Shown: piece by piece, positions 44,965 to 55,047 of the stretch
Layout of the letters: each line of letters starts with the position of its first letter
How positions within the stretch are numbered: the stretch's first letter is position 1
DNA from: a virus
DNA length: 64,000 bases
Strand: one strand, 5' to 3'
IMG/VR virus record: IMGVR_UViG_3300035698_009139
Notes under the pieces: model-generated
The model's database searches: none
Seen by the model: only the letters and a program-made list of their open reading frames with translations
What the model was told of the DNA's origin: nothing
Translations under genes and position numbers: made by a program

Positions 44965-46014
44965 ATGCCAACCAAGCAATACAGCACGCTCGTATTCATC
45001 GGGCGCTTTCAACCTTTCCACTACGGACATGCACGAGTCGTTGAACGAGCACGAGAGCTCGCCGATAATGTACTGATCCTGGTCGGGTCTTCTAACAGAT
45101 CCCGGTCGATGCGGAACCCCTGGACATTCAAAGAACGCCGCGAGATGATTCGCAACACTTACCCTGGTGATGATCTTACGATCGCCCCGTTGGATGACGT
45201 CATGTATAATGACGAGCGATGGTGCGAGCATGTTCAATCAGTCGTTCAAGAAAACCTTCTGGAAATTGCCAATCGCGGCGCGCCAGGACTATCGCTGTCC
45301 GGCATGCGCGACATCAAGTTCGCGCTGATCGGCTGCGAGAAAGACGGCACCAGTTACTATCTGAAAAAGTTCCCAACATGGGACAGCGAGAGCGTTCATT
45401 TCCTCAACCCGATCAATGCAACAGATGTTCGCCACGCATTCTTCAAAGGCAACGTCGAGGACTGGACCACGGCCGTCCCCCTTGCCGTCAAAGAATACCT
45501 GGACGAGTTCTATCTGTCCGAGGAGTTCATACAACTGCATTGGGAGCAGGACTTCGTTTCCAACTACCAATACAATGTCGCAAAATATCCTCGGATCGAG
45601 CACACAGTCGATGCAGTTGTTATCCAGTCCGGCCACGTGCTGCTGATACGCCGCCGCGCAGAGCCTGGTAAAGGTATGTGGGCGATGCCCGGCGGTTTCC
45701 TCAACCAGTACGAAACGATGTTCGATGGGGCAATCCGTGAGCTTCGGGAAGAAACCAAGATTCGTGTGCCGGAAGCTGTGCTCCGTGGAAGCGTCGTGGC
45801 ATCAAAACCATATGACGACCCGCATCGGTCAGATCGCGGCCGCCTGATTACGCAGGCGTATCTGATCCACTTGGCAGAAACTGAAGAGCTGCCGAAGGTA
45901 CGAGGCGCCGACGATGCAGACAAAGCAAAATGGGTTCCGTTGAGCGAGCTGTCCGCAGTCAATATGTTCGAAGATCACTACTTTATTATTCAAGACCTTT
46001 TGGGAGACGTGTGA
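44965..46014 (+). CDS. nadM: Bifunctional NMN adenylyltransferase / Nudix ADP-ribose hydrolase
   Basis: GRFQPFHYGH, RNPW, Nudix box GG......AIRELREET, FEDH. Confidence 0.93.
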   Translation: MPTKQYSTLVFIGRFQPFHYGHARVVERARELADNVLILVGSSNRSRSMRNPWTFKERREMIRNTYPGDDLTIAPLDDVMYNDERWCEHVQSVVQENLLEIANRGAPGLSLSGMRDIKFALIGCEKDGTSYYLKKFPTWDSESVHFLNPINATDVRHAFFKGNVEDWTTAVPLAVKEYLDEFYLSEEFIQLHWEQDFVSNYQYNVAKYPRIEHTVDAVVIQSGHVLLIRRRAEPGKGMWAMPGGFLNQYETMFDGAIRELREETKIRVPEAVLRGSVVASKPYDDPHRSDRGRLITQAYLIHLAETEELPKVRGADDADKAKWVPLSELSAVNMFEDHYFIIQDLLGDV

Positions 46015-47444
46015 TGAACGACAATCTACTTCTGATGACGGATAGCTACAAAGCTAGCCATCACTTGCAATACCCGCCGGGCACTCTGTTCGTAAGCTCG
46101 TACATCGAGAGCCGCGGCGGCAAATGGGACAAAGCTGTATTCTTCGGCCTGCAGATGTTCATTGATCAGTACTTGACCAAGCCGATTACTGTTTCAGACA
46201 TCGACGAAGCGGAAGCTGTTTGGGAGTTGCACGGAGAGCCGTTTAACCGAGCGAACTGGATGCACATCATTGATCAACATGATGGATATCTGCCGATCAG
46301 TATCCAGGCCGTACCAGAAGGCACATTGGTCGAAAACCACAATGTGTTGGTGCAAGTGGTTAACACAGACCCACATGTACCCTGGCTGACTAGCTTCTTG
46401 GAAACGATTCTGCTACGTGCAGTGTGGTATCCGACGACCGTAGCAACTAACAGCTACGCTTGCAAGCAGGTGATTTGGGATGCACTGGTTAAGACAGGTG
46501 GCATCGCACCGGCCGAAGAGATCGGTTTCAAAATGCATGACTTTGGTGCAAGAGGCGTCAGCAGCCACGAGAGCGCCGCAATTGGTGGGGCCGCGCATTT
46601 GGTCAACTTCATGGGCACTGACACGATCGAAGGCGTTATGGCTGCTCGTAAATATTATGGTGCTGAAATGGCTGGTTTCTCGGTCCCTGCATCAGAGCAT
46701 GCCACGATTACTAGCTGGTCCAGATCTGGTGAAGTCGACGCGTACAGAAATATGCTCGACATGTTTGCAAAGCCCGGCCGGGTGGTCGCATGTGTGTCGG
46801 ACTCGTATGATATCTACCACACATGCGAGCATCACTGGGGCGGCATTTTGAAGCAGAAGATCATTGACAGCGGTGCGACACTCGTTGTACGACCCGACAG
46901 CGGTGATCCTGTTGAGGTACCGATCAAATGTATCGAAATCCTAATGGAGCAGTTCGGATACGAGTGGAACAGCAAGGGGTATCGAGTGCTACCAGCATGC
47001 ATCCGCGTCATTCAAGGTGATGGAATAACTGTTGACACTGTTAAGGTTATACTGGATACTATGGAGGCCCGCGGACTGAGCGCAAGTAACATCGGTTTCG
47101 GTCAGGGTGGAGGACTGCTACAGATGGTTGATCGTGACACGCTAAAGTTTGCAATGAAGTGTAGCGCTATCAAAATTGCTATTGGTGGTGTGATGAGTAC
47201 AGATGAAATCTCGGCTGGATACTGGCGCGACGTCCACAAGGATCCTATAACGGATACCGGCAAACGAAGCAAACGTGGCCGCCTAGCATTAATCAAGGAT
47301 GCAGATGGGTCATACGTGACGGTTGGTGGCTGGGAGTGCGGCTACGAGGAAAATGAACTACGGGAAGTGTTCCGCGACGGCCAAGCACTGATATACCAGA
47401 ATTTTGATGAAATTCGAAAACGAGCAAATGAGGAGTTTGTATAA
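46011..47444 (+). CDS. nadV: Nicotinamide phosphoribosyltransferase
   Basis: TDSYKASH, HDFGARG, PASEH, VSDSYD, VRPDSGDP, IQGDG. Confidence 0.95.
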   Translation: MMNDNLLLMTDSYKASHHLQYPPGTLFVSSYIESRGGKWDKAVFFGLQMFIDQYLTKPITVSDIDEAEAVWELHGEPFNRANWMHIIDQHDGYLPISIQAVPEGTLVENHNVLVQVVNTDPHVPWLTSFLETILLRAVWYPTTVATNSYACKQVIWDALVKTGGIAPAEEIGFKMHDFGARGVSSHESAAIGGAAHLVNFMGTDTIEGVMAARKYYGAEMAGFSVPASEHATITSWSRSGEVDAYRNMLDMFAKPGRVVACVSDSYDIYHTCEHHWGGILKQKIIDSGATLVVRPDSGDPVEVPIKCIEILMEQFGYEWNSKGYRVLPACIRVIQGDGITVDTVKVILDTMEARGLSASNIGFGQGGGLLQMVDRDTLKFAMKCSAIKIAIGGVMSTDEISAGYWRDVHKDPITDTGKRSKRGRLALIKDADGSYVTVGGWECGYEENELREVFRDGQALIYQNFDEIRKRANEEFV

Positions 47445-47767
47445 TGGATGTTAAGATGAAGAAGGCAACTGCCAAGGCTCTTGAGCTATCGATCACGCAT
47501 TGGGAAGAAAACGTCCGAACACATCCGCAGGATGTCAGCCTCAGCGCAGACAAATGTGCTTTATGTGACTTGTTTTGGGGCATCCAATGCATTGGATGCC
47601 CGGTCATGGAATCTACTGGGCGTGAACGGTGCGGCGGATCACCGTATCAAGATACTCCCCGTGCGCTTCTCCTGGCCCGCCGCGGAGATTACGACCGGCA
47701 CGGGACTACTTGGAGAGAGGCCGCTACTAAGGAACTGAACTTCTTGAAAGGGCTGCGTGATGTATAA
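47444..47767 (+). CDS. Cys-rich hypothetical protein (tandem paralogue 1)
   Basis: LELSI.HWE.NV, CALC, C.GCPV, ELNFLKGLR. Confidence 0.65.
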   Translation: MDVKMKKATAKALELSITHWEENVRTHPQDVSLSADKCALCDLFWGIQCIGCPVMESTGRERCGGSPYQDTPRALLLARRGDYDRHGTTWREAATKELNFLKGLRDV

Positions 47768-48101
47768 GTTGAGCCCAGAAGCCGCCAAAACCCTTGAGCT
47801 GTCGATCGCCCACTGGGAAGCAAATGTGGCAGCAGAAGAGCCAAAGGATGCTTCAATAGACTCGGCTGATTGTGCTCTATGTGTTGTATACGCTCGTGGT
47901 GGGTGTGGTGGGTGTCCTGTAAAAGAAACAGTTAATGCCTCATGTTGTGAGCTGACCCCTTACGACGCAGCTTTCCAGGCCTGGGATAATTGGGCTATCA
48001 GAGGGGTACCTGGTGTCCGTCGCGAAGAGCTCAAGGCTATATGGACCAAAGCAGCACAAGCTGAGCTGGACTTCTTGAAAGGACTGCGCAATGGTGTATA
48101 G
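47760..48101 (+). CDS. Cys-rich hypothetical protein (tandem paralogue 2)
   Basis: Same motifs as the preceding ORF. Confidence 0.65.
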   Translation: MYKLSPEAAKTLELSIAHWEANVAAEEPKDASIDSADCALCVVYARGGCGGCPVKETVNASCCELTPYDAAFQAWDNWAIRGVPGVRREELKAIWTKAAQAELDFLKGLRNGV

Positions 48102-48408
48102 AGAGATTCGGGAAGGTGACGACCCGAACAAAGGCCGTTTTGGTGGTTGCTGTAACCGCCGCGGATGCATGGTGAAACACAGTGAGGTGACACCCGTAAC
48201 GTGGTACAACCATGGCACCGGATCATACTATTGCCCGCGCTGCGCCCGGCTTCTGAACGGATCCAATGTGTTGGATCATACAATGCAGACGTATTATGGT
48301 TCTCACGCCATCTGCTCCTTATCGACACCGGAACAGGTGATGACCGGCCCAAACAATCACGGCCAATCCGTAACAGATTTACATAGGTCAGACCATGAAA
48401 TCGTATGA
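48091..48408 (+). CDS. Hypothetical zinc-binding protein
   Basis: CNR..C, WYNH.T..YYC..CA. Confidence 0.6.
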   Translation: MVYREIREGDDPNKGRFGGCCNRRGCMVKHSEVTPVTWYNHGTGSYYCPRCARLLNGSNVLDHTMQTYYGSHAICSLSTPEQVMTGPNNHGQSVTDLHRSDHEIV

Positions 48409-48775
48409 TGAAATATGCAAGGTAGTTGAAGACTGCCGATTCAACGATTGGCGATTCAAAGTCGTCAATCAGCCCAGCAAAATGTATCTGCAGGTTGTTG
48501 CTCCAGGTGACACATGCAACGTCACCGGCAACACCATGCCATGGCAGGGCCGCAAGTGGTTTATATCGATCCATATGACGACGACGGAGCTGGTACAGAC
48601 GGCATTCAAAGCGGTACAGACAGCGATGGAGCACGAGCTACGAGAGCAGTTCACATACAAGCAGGCAATGATCTTCGGCCCTCACTGGGACGTTGATCAC
48701 CTCGCGGACTCGCTGAACGCGAAGCCTTCGCTGGGCGAAGATGCCCGCGCCACTATTGTTGACCTCAGCGCATAG
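48395..48775 (+). CDS. Hypothetical phage protein
   Basis: GRKW.IS.HMT..E.VQTAFKA...EHE.RE.F.Y..IFGPH. Confidence 0.65.
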   Translation: MKSYDEICKVVEDCRFNDWRFKVVNQPSKMYLQVVAPGDTCNVTGNTMPWQGRKWFISIHMTTTELVQTAFKAVQTAMEHELREQFTYKQAMIFGPHWDVDHLADSLNAKPSLGEDARATIVDLSA

Positions 48776-48819
48776 GTAGCGTATAATGGATTCCAGACGA
48801 TTGAATAGGATTAGACACC

Positions 48820-49164
48820 GTGCTAACTGAGCTAGATGAAGTTGAGCAGATTCTCCGCAGGTTCGGCGTGACATGGAAAAACATCTGGGACGATCCAGAA
48901 GTGATCGAACGAGACACGGGTGCTCCAGGAGCCAGCGAGTTGCCATTTGAACTATATTCATATTTCTGTAACACAGGAGATATGCCATATGGTACAATGA
49001 AGGCGCGAGATGGCGACCCCACTGAGTGGGTAGCAGATCGGATGTTCGAAATGACCATGGAAGCGCTTGGTTACAAAATGAAGACGACATCTGGGCCTCC
49101 CCGCGCCTTCGGACCACCGCACTCGGTAGAATTCATTGACAAAAATGGTAACATAGTATTGTGA
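48820..49164 (+). CDS. Hypothetical protein
   Basis: MPYGTMKARDGDP motif; promoter TTGACC-17-TATAAT at 48759-48787. Confidence 0.6.
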   Translation: MLTELDEVEQILRRFGVTWKNIWDDPEVIERDTGAPGASELPFELYSYFCNTGDMPYGTMKARDGDPTEWVADRMFEMTMEALGYKMKTTSGPPRAFGPPHSVEFIDKNGNIVL

Positions 49165-49332
49165 CTCAGGGCAAAACACCCAAGGCAGCAAATAAAGCCA
49201 TTGATAATCGAAAAATACGTCATGCTGAAAAGCAAAGCACTACGCAGCCTACCAAAGATAAAATGATGGGCAAAGCAGCGCGGCGCGGGTATGGCGGCGG
49301 AAAAGCTTCATAACTAAGGAACTGAATACATT

Positions 49333-49566
49333 ATGGGTAAGAAGAAATCTCGGGCACACTCGGTGTCCAAAGGCGAGCGCCGAAATGTCGTTAATGGACT
49401 CGCTGGCCAGACGTCCGATATTGACCGGATGATGAATAAGCTGTCCGCCTGGAAGAAAGGCAAGCCTGTTACCGTACTCGATGCAGAGGGTAAAAAAGGG
49501 CCCGCAAATCTTATATGGGGCCGCCCCGGCAAAGCTAATGTGATGAGCGATCGTGGCAAAGGCTAG
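49333..49566 (+). CDS. Small basic hypothetical protein
   Basis: SKGERRNV..AWKKGK motif seen in T4-like phages. Confidence 0.6.
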   Translation: MGKKKSRAHSVSKGERRNVVNGLAGQTSDIDRMMNKLSAWKKGKPVTVLDAEGKKGPANLIWGRPGKANVMSDRGKG

Positions 49567-49697
49567 GGGAGCATTCGCACGATGGATCCGAAAGAAGCTC
49601 GGACCTTCATGGCGTAACTATCCTAACTGCGTCGGCTTCGCTGCAGAGACGGATATATATCTAACACAACGCAGGAAAGGCAGCACAGTGGCTGTAA

Positions 49698-49952
49698 ATG
49701 AAAATGGAAAATGATTTAATCGACCTACTTCACAAAGGCGAGGTGCTGGTCCGCTTCAAGAAAGCTGACGACACTATCCGATCAATGCGGTGCACGCTGC
49801 AACAGAGTCGGCTACCTCCGATAACGGAGAAGGCAGATCCAGTCGTTAAGCGGGCCCCAGTTCCTGGCAAGGTGACGGCGTTTGATTTGGACATCAACGC
49901 GTGGCGAGCTTTTCGCGTTGAACGGATTATAGACTTCAAGGTATGGGAATAA
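49698..49952 (+). CDS. SH3-fold (WYL_2/DUF2693-like) protein
   Basis: V.F.KAD...R.M.CTL, FDLD..AWRAFR. Confidence 0.7.
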   Translation: MKMENDLIDLLHKGEVLVRFKKADDTIRSMRCTLQQSRLPPITEKADPVVKRAPVPGKVTAFDLDINAWRAFRVERIIDFKVWE

Positions 49953-49953
49953 T

Positions 49954-50928
49954 ATGCCACTAACGATTCTTGACGATGCAGCCGACGCCAACTTCCAAGC
50001 TGTAGACGAGCTGCCAAGAAGCCCCGCAGCAGGTGGGACTGAGTTGATGATGGCCGGATTGAAACGAAATGTTGATCCCATTCTTCTGGATCAGTTTCAG
50101 ATCATTCCTTCTCGCGTCAAAGAACTTGATGGCCGCCCTGCTGTACTGTGGTTGCATGATCTGTATAATGACCCTGAATCAGCACATTTGCAGGATGAGT
50201 TGTCGAGGTCATTGCGATTTGCAAAATTGATATTCGTCAGCTATTGGCAGATGCAATCATTCCAGATGGCTTACAATATCAGGCCGTCCGAATGCCTGGT
50301 GTTGCAAAACGCTGTCGACCCAATCGAGTTCGTCGAGAAGGATAAGGACCAGGTCAATCTGATCTACCACACGACCCCACATCGCGGCCTGGAGATACTC
50401 GTTCCAGTGTTTGAAAAGCTGACGGAGACGTTCTCCAATATCCATTTGGACGTGTACAGCAGCTTTAATGCGTATGGGTGGGGTGAGCGTGACAAGCCCT
50501 ACGAAGAACTTTTCGAGCGATGCAAATCTCACCCACAAATCACGTATCACGGCTTCCAGCCAAATGATGTGATTCGTACTGCGCTGCAGAAAGCTCACAT
50601 CTTTGCCTACCCCAGTATATGGCAGGAAACGTCGTGCATATCAGCCATCGAAGCAATGAGTGCTGGGTGTGAGGTTGTATGCTCCTCTTTAGCAGCTTTA
50701 CCCGAGACGACCGCTGGGTTCGCGTCGATGTACCCATACCACGAAGACCCTAACACTCACGCAAACATCTTTGTCAACGTGCTTGGCCAAGCCATCTCCA
50801 GAGTGAACTCTGAAAATGTACTGAATAAGATGCAGTTTCAGAAGAACTATATCGATGTGCTATACAACTGGGAGAGTCGTGGCCAACAGTGGACTGATTT
50901 ATTGAAAGTGTTATCAAGTAACAGTTGA
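49954..50928 (+). CDS. Glycosyltransferase, GT-B (family 4-like)
   Basis: GGTE, WLHD, TPHRGL, YPSIWQETSCISAIEAMSAG. Confidence 0.85.
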   Translation: MPLTILDDAADANFQAVDELPRSPAAGGTELMMAGLKRNVDPILLDQFQIIPSRVKELDGRPAVLWLHDLYNDPESAHLQDELSRSLRFAKLIFVSYWQMQSFQMAYNIRPSECLVLQNAVDPIEFVEKDKDQVNLIYHTTPHRGLEILVPVFEKLTETFSNIHLDVYSSFNAYGWGERDKPYEELFERCKSHPQITYHGFQPNDVIRTALQKAHIFAYPSIWQETSCISAIEAMSAGCEVVCSSLAALPETTAGFASMYPYHEDPNTHANIFVNVLGQAISRVNSENVLNKMQFQKNYIDVLYNWESRGQQWTDLLKVLSSNS

Positions 50929-51325
50929 CCTCTTGATGTAGGTGCAGTATGATATCTTTTAATGAGGTGTGATATGTTCGGATGTAGATTAGCTTCCCCC
51001 ATGTGTTGTATGAACGATTTGCTGGCATTGCCGCCGCCGGGTGGTTTTTAACAAAGTTCTCCAGCGGGTTAGCTGCCTTTATGTGGTTTTGCTTTTCGCT
51101 TATAATCTTTGCAGAATGGATGGTACCACGATCCGATCGCGACCTCGACCAGCTTAACATGTACGTTATTTGGGGAGGTCGCGCCACGTTTCTTGTATTC
51201 TTGGCATGGCTCGTATTGCTTATGTTAAAAGCATTGTTTTGCGAGAATAAGAAACTATATCACTCCGGCGGCCGCCCCGATGGCTTTTGTGATGAGTTTG
51301 ATGAATTGGATGGCGAGGACGATTA

Positions 51326-52435
51326 ATGGCAGGCAAGAAACGCAAGAAGGCCGTCAAGACTGAAGTCGAGGAAGTTGTCGGCGAGCAGCCGGACTTCGAC
51401 GCAACCCCTCTAACGGAATCCGAGTTGCGGTATGCATATCGTTGGTATGGTTATGACCGAACAAGTGACCAGCACGCATCCTCGTTGAACAGGTGGGTCA
51501 AGATGAACCGCCCAGAGCTGCAAAGTTCTGTACGGAACATTACGCTATCTGCGTTACCTCAAGTCGTCTGCCTGCAAGCACAGATGATGATCGATGGTGC
51601 CGTGCTACCCATCACTAGCGTGGAGTATTTCGAGCACCATCTGGCGAAAGCGGTTGAGAAGGCCGCCCCATCATTTGTTCGTTTGGTGAAGTCCAAAGGA
51701 CACCGCCCGACCGTTCAGGAAAACATGCGCGAGAAGATCGGTGATGTGATTGCACAGTTCGAAGATCAAATTGATCAGTTCCAGGAGAATGGGTATGAGT
51801 CTGATTTCGAGCCGTATGCGTGGCTGAAAGAGCACGACATCAAAGGCAAGCTGACTAAGCCAGTAGCGAAGTTTTATGAGATGTGGTACCAGGAACTGCT
51901 CGACGTCAAGGCCAAGACAGATAAGGATCTGATCGAGGGGTACAGCCACATCAAAGCCAGTGAGCTGAAAAAGCTGACTGTATTCATTAAAGCGATTATC
52001 AGCGACTGCACACAGCTATCGAAGAATGCAGCCAAGAGTCGTAAGCAGCGGGTGACTAAAACTCGCAAGAAGTCTGACCCAGTTAAGTTGCTGAAGTACT
52101 TGAAGGATTTCGATGAGCTGAAATTGGTTAGCGTCGACCCGATCAAGATTATCGGGGCCCAGCAGGTTTGGATATACAACACAGCCCGCCGCAAGATCAC
52201 TGTGTACAATGCAGAAGGTCCAGGTGGGTTGCAAGTTAGTCGGTCGTCTATCAGATCGTTTGATCCTGAGACGTCGATCACCAAATCGTTGCGTAGTCCC
52301 GATAAGACGTTGCCACATATCCTGACCGCCGGAAAAGTTCCGCTGCGAAAAATCATGGTTGACATTAAGGCAAAAGCATCGGATAATAGCGGACAAGTTA
52401 ATGATAAATGTATCATATTGAGAGTGATTAAATGA
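51326..52435 (+). CDS. Conserved T4-like hypothetical protein
   Basis: DLIEGYSH, LVSVDP.KIIGA..VW.YNT..RK, KSLR.P motifs. Confidence 0.7.
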   Translation: MAGKKRKKAVKTEVEEVVGEQPDFDATPLTESELRYAYRWYGYDRTSDQHASSLNRWVKMNRPELQSSVRNITLSALPQVVCLQAQMMIDGAVLPITSVEYFEHHLAKAVEKAAPSFVRLVKSKGHRPTVQENMREKIGDVIAQFEDQIDQFQENGYESDFEPYAWLKEHDIKGKLTKPVAKFYEMWYQELLDVKAKTDKDLIEGYSHIKASELKKLTVFIKAIISDCTQLSKNAAKSRKQRVTKTRKKSDPVKLLKYLKDFDELKLVSVDPIKIIGAQQVWIYNTARRKITVYNAEGPGGLQVSRSSIRSFDPETSITKSLRSPDKTLPHILTAGKVPLRKIMVDIKAKASDNSGQVNDKCIILRVIK

Positions 52436-52836
52436 CGACGCTAGAGAATCTATCGCACATGTTCCCAATACACGAACTCGGCAATGACACGGAGCCGGTT
52501 ATTACTCGCCGCATCGTTCAGCCGAATAGTGATGACCCGACTTGCTTGCTTGAGATGGGAGACGGGTCGTTCATGCTAGTTGCACTACTTGAAGCAACCT
52601 CCTACGCTGATCACCTCGACTTTAACCAGTGGGGGTTCCACAACCAGCAGATCTTCCTGAAGGGCTTGCGCTATTTGGGGCTAGTGTCGCAACGGGTAGA
52701 AGCAGAAGTCAATGACGCTATAAAAGCAAAGATCGGCGAGGAACAAAAAGTTTGCGATGCCGATCGGTTCTTACGAATGGCCACTCAACTGGGCGTCAAG
52801 TTAGCACCTTCCCAACTGGAGCTGCTTAAAAGATGA
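52432..52836 (+). CDS. Hypothetical protein
   Basis: ATGA overlaps at both ends. Confidence 0.55.
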   Translation: MTTLENLSHMFPIHELGNDTEPVITRRIVQPNSDDPTCLLEMGDGSFMLVALLEATSYADHLDFNQWGFHNQQIFLKGLRYLGLVSQRVEAEVNDAIKAKIGEEQKVCDADRFLRMATQLGVKLAPSQLELLKR

Positions 52837-53786
52837 TCTTAGTAGACTTTCATGCAGTAGTGTTCAGCAATTTACATTTGATAGCCAAAGACAGCCCTGG
52901 CAAAGCCGCCGGGTTTATCAAAAGCAATCCAAAAGATGCCGACATCGAGTCAGATCTATCTGACCTCCGTGGGATGGTATTGAATAGCCTTCGACGATAC
53001 CGCCGCTTGTTTTCGAAAGACTTTGGTGAGCTTGTGCTGTGCTGTGATAGCAATAACTCGTGGCGTAAAGAGGTGCGAGACGCTTACCGATATCGGGGAT
53101 TTGCATACTACAAGGCCAACCGCAAGAAGGCCCGAGACGCAACCGGCATCAATTGGAAGCAGGTGTTTAGCTCGCTCGAGGTGATATTAGATGAGCTGCA
53201 GGCCAATTTTCCGTACAAAATCATCAAGGTGGACAGAGCAGAAGCTGACGATCTGGTTGCTACAATTTGTCATAACTTCGGGTCGAAGGGCCTGCGAATG
53301 GCTAAAAGTGAAGGCATCAAGATCATTTCCCGTGATAAGGATTTCGGCCAGCTTCAAGTGTATGCTAATGTGTCCCAATATGACCCGATCACCAATAAGC
53401 CTGTATTGATCAACAATCCAGAAGAGTATTTGCACGAGCACATCATGCGTGGCGATACAGTTGACGGTGTTCCGAATTTTCTGTCGGACGATGATACGTT
53501 GGTTGTGAAAGGAAAAAGATCGAAAAGTTTGCGGGCTGAAATGGTAAATACCTGGATGAGTATGAAACCGCAAGATATATGCGCTGATGATGACAAGTTG
53601 ATGGCAAACTGGGACCGCAATAAGCGGGTGATCAGTTTGGAGTATAATGATATTCCCGAATACATCCGAGTCGCAGTCGCCAAAATATGGGAGCAAGACC
53701 TCCCTGTGTCTGATAGATCGAAGCTGATGACGTACTTCACCAAAAATCGGTTACGCAATCTAATACCAAACATGGGAGAGTTCTAA
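52833..53786 (+). CDS. rnh: T4-type RNase H (5'-3' exonuclease)
   Basis: ILVD, YYKANRKK, EADD, SRDKDF.QL, GDTVDGVPN. Confidence 0.92.
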   Translation: MILVDFHAVVFSNLHLIAKDSPGKAAGFIKSNPKDADIESDLSDLRGMVLNSLRRYRRLFSKDFGELVLCCDSNNSWRKEVRDAYRYRGFAYYKANRKKARDATGINWKQVFSSLEVILDELQANFPYKIIKVDRAEADDLVATICHNFGSKGLRMAKSEGIKIISRDKDFGQLQVYANVSQYDPITNKPVLINNPEEYLHEHIMRGDTVDGVPNFLSDDDTLVVKGKRSKSLRAEMVNTWMSMKPQDICADDDKLMANWDRNKRVISLEYNDIPEYIRVAVAKIWEQDLPVSDRSKLMTYFTKNRLRNLIPNMGEF

Positions 53787-54277
53787 TGGCTATCAATCTA
53801 GGCATTGCTGAAATATTGCAATTGGTTTCAAAAGAGAAATCACGCAAACAGCAGGTCAAAATTCTGCAACAGAATAGCAGCGGCACACTGAAGATGGTGC
53901 TGGGATATGCATTTGATCCAGGCGTGGTGTGGCTGCTTCCAGAAGGCATCCCACAGGATCCTGAAACCAAAGAATATATGTTCACGCTCCAACCTAAGTC
54001 CGCTGGGCTGCAGAACCAGCTGTTTGCTGAGACCGCTAAGATGGGGCTGTTCCTTAAAGGCAATCCTGAGTATGATGTGCCGCGCGAACCAAAGAATCAG
54101 AAGCAATGGGATGTCAAACGAGAGACTATTTTCCTTGACATGCTCAGCCGCCTGGACCCCGACGATGCACTTCTAATGTGTGACGTCAAAGATAAGCACA
54201 TCAGCTACAACGGTGTCACAGCAAAACTGACGGCACTTGCGTTCCCCAACCTCACAAAGAACTGGGACAATGTCTAA
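53786..54277 (+). CDS. Conserved T4-like hypothetical protein
   Basis: FDP...W.LPEG.P, KRETIF..ML..L...DA.L...KDK. Confidence 0.7.
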   Translation: MAINLGIAEILQLVSKEKSRKQQVKILQQNSSGTLKMVLGYAFDPGVVWLLPEGIPQDPETKEYMFTLQPKSAGLQNQLFAETAKMGLFLKGNPEYDVPREPKNQKQWDVKRETIFLDMLSRLDPDDALLMCDVKDKHISYNGVTAKLTALAFPNLTKNWDNV

Positions 54278-54423
54278 TACTTTCCGACGTCAAAAGAATT
54301 ACTACGACGATGATGACCACGGCTATAAGAGTGGCCGTAAGAAGCAAACGGAGCGAGCACGACAACATACGAAAGACAGTCGTAAGCAGCGTCAAAAAAG
54401 ACAGGTAGAAGAGCCTTCAACAC

Positions 54424-55047
54424 ATGATGAAGAACGGTAGAGCCTTTATAGTAGGCAACGGCCAATCGCGGCATGGATTCGACCTAAACAAATTGGTCGG
54501 GCATGGCAAAATACTCACATGCAATCTAGCATTCCAACACTTTGATAATTGGAAGCGAGATGTCGATGCTGTAGTGGCTCTCGAAGAGTATCGCCAAGAG
54601 CAAATCAAGATTGCTGAAGTACCAAAGAGCAAACGCATCTTCCCACCATGGGCCGAGCAGTTCGAATTGTCCCAGTACCATGGAGGCGCCGCCGCCCGAC
54701 CCCGTTCCAATGCTGGCATGAATGCTATCATTGAAGCTGATCGAATGGGCAGCCGAACAATCTTCTTGCTGGGGTTCGACTTCATCATAGATAATGAGGA
54801 AATGACAACCAGTAATATGTTCACCGGCCGCAAAGGCACCCGGACGTCACTAGATGATAGTATCGCACGCGTCAAGTATTTCGATTGGTTTATCACCAAC
54901 CCATACAGGCACTTGCACGTGTTCTTTGTTGTTCCTGATCGCATAGGTATGAAATTGAGAAACGTGTCAGCACCCAATGTGGTAGCTTTGACGTATCCTG
55001 GGTTGGATAAAATGATGAAAGGTGAGTTGCATGCGGCCGCTGTTTGA
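54424..55047 (+). CDS. Maf/DUF115-like (sialyltransferase-fold) protein
   Basis: IVGNGQS, CN, IFLLGFD. Confidence 0.55.
   Translation: MMKNGRAFIVGNGQSRHGFDLNKLVGHGKILTCNLAFQHFDNWKRDVDAVVALEEYRQEQIKIAEVPKSKRIFPPWAEQFELSQYHGGAAARPRSNAGMNAIIEADRMGSRTIFLLGFDFIIDNEEMTTSNMFTGRKGTRTSLDDSIARVKYFDWFITNPYRHLHVFFVVPDRIGMKLRNVSAPNVVALTYPGLDKMMKGELHAAAV

Noticed and set aside
49567-49697. Intergenic stretch with possible hairpins
   Set aside because: No convincing closed structure or recognisable motif
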